64,000 nt of DNA from an uncultured Rickettsiales bacterium (GTDB taxonomy: Bacteria; Pseudomonadota; Alphaproteobacteria; Rickettsiales; CANDYO01). The DNA is taken from NCBI GenBank assembly GCA_964356785.1, contig CAYHIS010000004.1, positions 46,366 through 110,365 of the forward strand. Direction: 5' to 3'. The notes beneath the pieces are model-generated. The model was not told where the DNA came from and did no database searches. It saw nothing but the letters and a program-made list of their open reading frames with translations. Within the stretch, counting starts at the first letter, position 1. Each line of letters opens with the position of its first letter. Below, in pieces: positions 61,178-64,000 of this stretch. The position numbers were made by a program, and so were the translations under genes.

Positions 61178-61204
61178 AAGAATATTTTAAATGGAGTAAT
61201 TATA

Positions 61205-62026
61205 ATGAAAAAATCTGAAGAACTTAAAGATAAAGCAAGTTTTTGGGACAATCCTACAGTCGTAAAAGCGAAAGGAGTAGCGAAAATTGGATTTGGCGCT
61301 TTAATATTACTTCAACCTCATTATGCTTTTTTAATAGGCGGAGCTTTATGCGCATCAACTATAGCTGCAATAACTTATAATAAAATAAAGGGCCGATCTT
61401 TTAAACAAATGTGGGAAGATGTTAAAGATGGAACTTTCTTAAGAGAGTTAAAAGACACACTTGGAATGGGATTCGGTGCATTTGTTGGGTTAATGGCGCC
61501 ATATGTAGGCGTAGGTCTTGCTGCATTCGGGGCTTTAAGCTTTTTAGCTGGAAACCCTCAAGGAGTTGAAGGAATTTTTAAAGGTGGGGCTATGGCAGCC
61601 ACCATAGGAACCGTGGCCTTGCCAGCTTTAGGGGCTCTTTTAGTTGCAGAAGGAGTGGTTAATGGATTAGGCTTTAATTATTCATTAATAGGTAAGGGTA
61701 CCGAACTAATAAAAGGAGCATGTGAATCAATTGCCAAAATTGTAGGCGTTGCTGAAGCAAATCCAAAAGCTCCTGAGAAAGCTATTAACCAAGGTGTAAC
61801 TGAGGTTACACACAATGTAAGTAATGCTGTCCAGACTGGAGCATCTACATGGCGAGATTTAACAGGTCAAGCTGGTAATGTAAATGATAAAATACAACAT
61901 TCTAATTTATCACAAAATACTAAAGCATGGGCAAGTAGGTTCACCAATTTATTAGGGCTTTCACATACAGAAAAAGCCGAGCAAAGAAAAAATACGTCGG
62001 AAGTTAATCAAGATCGGAATAAATAA
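61205..62026 (+). CDS. Gly/Ala-rich multi-helix membrane protein
   Basis: GGAG SD; several GxxxG-rich hydrophobic segments, polar C-terminal tail. Confidence 0.75.
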   Translation: MKKSEELKDKASFWDNPTVVKAKGVAKIGFGALILLQPHYAFLIGGALCASTIAAITYNKIKGRSFKQMWEDVKDGTFLRELKDTLGMGFGAFVGLMAPYVGVGLAAFGALSFLAGNPQGVEGIFKGGAMAATIGTVALPALGALLVAEGVVNGLGFNYSLIGKGTELIKGACESIAKIVGVAEANPKAPEKAINQGVTEVTHNVSNAVQTGASTWRDLTGQAGNVNDKIQHSNLSQNTKAWASRFTNLLGLSHTEKAEQRKNTSEVNQDRNK

Positions 62027-63710
62027 GACTTTGATTCACTATCTTTAACTCTAGATTGTAAAAGCCATCATGATTATGCGCATTCGCTTCATGATCGGTT
62101 ATTATAAATTGAGTATCTGGGAGATATTCTTTGAATAGATGCTTAGCAGTTGCTATAGACTTACTATCCAGTTCTTTAAAAACTTCATCAAGCAAAGCTA
62201 TTTCTGGCTCAGCTAAAATAAGCCTAATAATAGCTAAAAGCTGCTTCTGCCCTCCGCTTAAATATTCATTCCATTCATAAACCTCCTCTAGAATAGGAAT
62301 GAATTGATTTAATGAAAATGCTTTCAGAAGCTTCACAGCCTTATTCTTATTTAGTGAATTAGACTCTAAGGTAATTAACTCTAGAAGCGTTGATCCTGGT
62401 ATAATCGCTTCTTCTTGACTAATCATCACAATTTTTTTCTTCTTCCCATAATAAATTATATTTCCTGTATACTCGATGCTCCCAAGGTCTAGGCCCTTTA
62501 TGATTTTAAGAAATGTTGATTTTCCACAGCCATTTTCTCCCATTAAAGCAATATTTTTAGCGAATAAACATAAATCATTCACATTCAATAAAGTTTTTTT
62601 ATTAACTTCAATTGAGAAATTCTTTATGCATATTCCAGGATTTGAGCTGTTTTTATAATCAGTTATTAATCCAGTTTTAGTTGCTTTTATTCTGTCATAA
62701 ATTTCAGATACTCTATCAATAGCATTATCAATGGAGAATCTATCTATTTTATTATGGGTATCCCATAGAATCATGCTAGAAATTTCTTTTAAATGAGGGA
62801 GATATTTCCAACGATCTTTTTTATGAATATTTCCACTATTTATTTCATTTGCTAAAATATAATAATTACTAATAAAACCAGCCACTTCTTCAGCAACACT
62901 TAGTATTTTTATTACCTCATCCCAAAAGTAATTTTTAGCCTTAAGGTCATTTAATCTTTGAATCATTAATGATTTTTTGCTTTGGATAAAATTATTTGCA
63001 TCAGTTTGACTTATAGCAACCGCATGCGCTAAATAATATACTTCTAGAGTATTTATTTCATTTTCTAATTTTTCTATTGGTTTAATCAAGTTTATTTGCT
63101 GAGCTAGAATATTTTCCTTTACGACTAATATTACAAAATTATAAAGAGCTAGTGAAAAGAATATATTTCCGGTATTGATGCTCATTAAAGAAAAAATAGC
63201 ATATCCTCCATTAATAAAAGCAGAGGTTTTTTTATTCAGCAAATTTGGAGCTTTATTACCCAGAGTTTCTATGTCTTTTTTTAGGCTATTTATTAATAAT
63301 TGAGGGTCAGTTACGTTATATTTATTGCTATGCTTTAAATATAATATCGCTTGGTCGTTTAGAAGATTGTTATTAAGTTTGGCACTAAGAATATTTCCTA
63401 TTTTTCTATTATAATAGATGTTAATAGCACTATTAAATAAATACGAAGGTATATAAAGCAATGCAAATAGCGATAAGTTTAATATATATTTCATAAAAAT
63501 AGCTAAGCCATCTTTATCGTTTTTCTGAACAGCCTCAAAACTACTATAGATTCTTCCATGGAATGAAGATAAAATACCAAGTCTTAAATAAGTGGTGAGT
63601 AGTTGAAAGACAAACTGCAAGCTTGTTTGCTGAATCAACAAATCATTTAACTTATCTTGTGGAATTATTTTATTATATAGTTTGTATAATTTATAGTTTA
63701 GTGATTGCAT
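62004..63710 (-). CDS. Fused TMD-NBD ABC half-transporter, SbmA/BacA/ABCD-like; candidate thiamine/TPP importer
   Basis: GENGCGKST, LSGGQKQ, ALLDE, ITDHE; N-terminal TM domain; AAGGAG SD; preceded by TPP riboswitch. Confidence 0.82.
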   Translation of the reverse strand: MQSLNYKLYKLYNKIIPQDKLNDLLIQQTSLQFVFQLLTTYLRLGILSSFHGRIYSSFEAVQKNDKDGLAIFMKYILNLSLFALLYIPSYLFNSAINIYYNRKIGNILSAKLNNNLLNDQAILYLKHSNKYNVTDPQLLINSLKKDIETLGNKAPNLLNKKTSAFINGGYAIFSLMSINTGNIFFSLALYNFVILVVKENILAQQINLIKPIEKLENEINTLEVYYLAHAVAISQTDANNFIQSKKSLMIQRLNDLKAKNYFWDEVIKILSVAEEVAGFISNYYILANEINSGNIHKKDRWKYLPHLKEISSMILWDTHNKIDRFSIDNAIDRVSEIYDRIKATKTGLITDYKNSSNPGICIKNFSIEVNKKTLLNVNDLCLFAKNIALMGENGCGKSTFLKIIKGLDLGSIEYTGNIIYYGKKKKIVMISQEEAIIPGSTLLELITLESNSLNKNKAVKLLKAFSLNQFIPILEEVYEWNEYLSGGQKQLLAIIRLILAEPEIALLDEVFKELDSKSIATAKHLFKEYLPDTQFIITDHEANAHNHDGFYNLELKIVNQSLIYSDLD

Positions 63711-63714
63711 AAAT

Positions 63715-63739
63715 TTCTCCTTAAATTATTTAAAGAGAA
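63715..63739 (-). promoter_or_regulatory. SD-sequestering hairpin (riboswitch expression platform)
   Basis: UUCUCUUUAAA-UAA-UUUAAGGAGAA: 11-bp stem with one G-U pair that buries the AAGGAG. Confidence 0.75.
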
Positions 63740-63781
63740 GCTGATAAAAGACTGCGTAAATTGGTATTTAGGCTTTCAAAT

Positions 63782-63865
63782 ATCACACTCCCTCCGCAAG
63801 TATTAACTAGATCAGGTTCTAAGGGTATATCTCAGCTTACGTGCAAGCGCCCCCGGTGAATAATG
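63782..63865 (-). ncRNA. TPP (THI-box) riboswitch
   Basis: Minus strand CAC-CGGGGGCGC...GCUGAGA-UAUACCC-UUAGAACCUGAUCU-AGUUAAUACU-UGCGGAGGGA-GUG matches the TPP aptamer consensus. Confidence 0.93.
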
Positions 63866-63869
63866 ATAG

Positions 63870-63898
63870 ACTTTATCAATGGCAAAAAATTTTGTCAA
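63870..63898 (-). promoter_or_regulatory. Sigma70 promoter driving the riboswitch leader
   Basis: TTGACA-17bp-TAAAGT with TGn; predicted start falls at the aptamer 5' end. Confidence 0.75.
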
Positions 63899-64000
63899 GA
63901 CGAAACAATGATATAAAAAGGCTTTACAAAATCTTAATAATCTATAAGATTTTTACTCTTCATAATTTAAGGATATATTTGTTTATGACGAAGTATAAAA

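Overview
AT-rich chromosomal window from an alphaproteobacterial intracellular bacterium, most likely a Rickettsiales. This is inferred from RPE1 insertions, GTA-like genes and ppdK. The co-occurrence of MEP genes, waaA and putA suggests a lineage outside genus Rickettsia, perhaps Midichloriaceae-like. The backbone is housekeeping: mnmA, dnaA-dnaN, putA, thrS-infC, fabF-mltG-plsY-xerD, ispE-maf-infA-waaA-trxB-prx-rho, ppdK-glySQ, a porin, tig-clpP, pheS, ispG, uvrC and three tRNAs. Interspersed are three type II toxin-antitoxin pairs, a GTA-like head/tail module, several effector-like orphans and at least four families of palindromic miniature repeats. The top finding is at the right end: a sigma70 promoter, a TPP riboswitch and an SD-sequestering hairpin control an exporter-fold (SbmA/BacA/ABCD-like) ABC half-transporter, a candidate new type of thiamine/TPP importer. 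Also notable are a synonymously diverged duplicate of the putA 3' end flanking a cargo islet, MITE copies whose two arms co-vary, a doubly invaded xerD, CtrA-type promoters in front of effector-like genes, a 1545-aa Asn-rich protein with a J-domain HPD motif, and a probable oriC between ispG and uvrC. All calls come from manual reading; no database searches were run.
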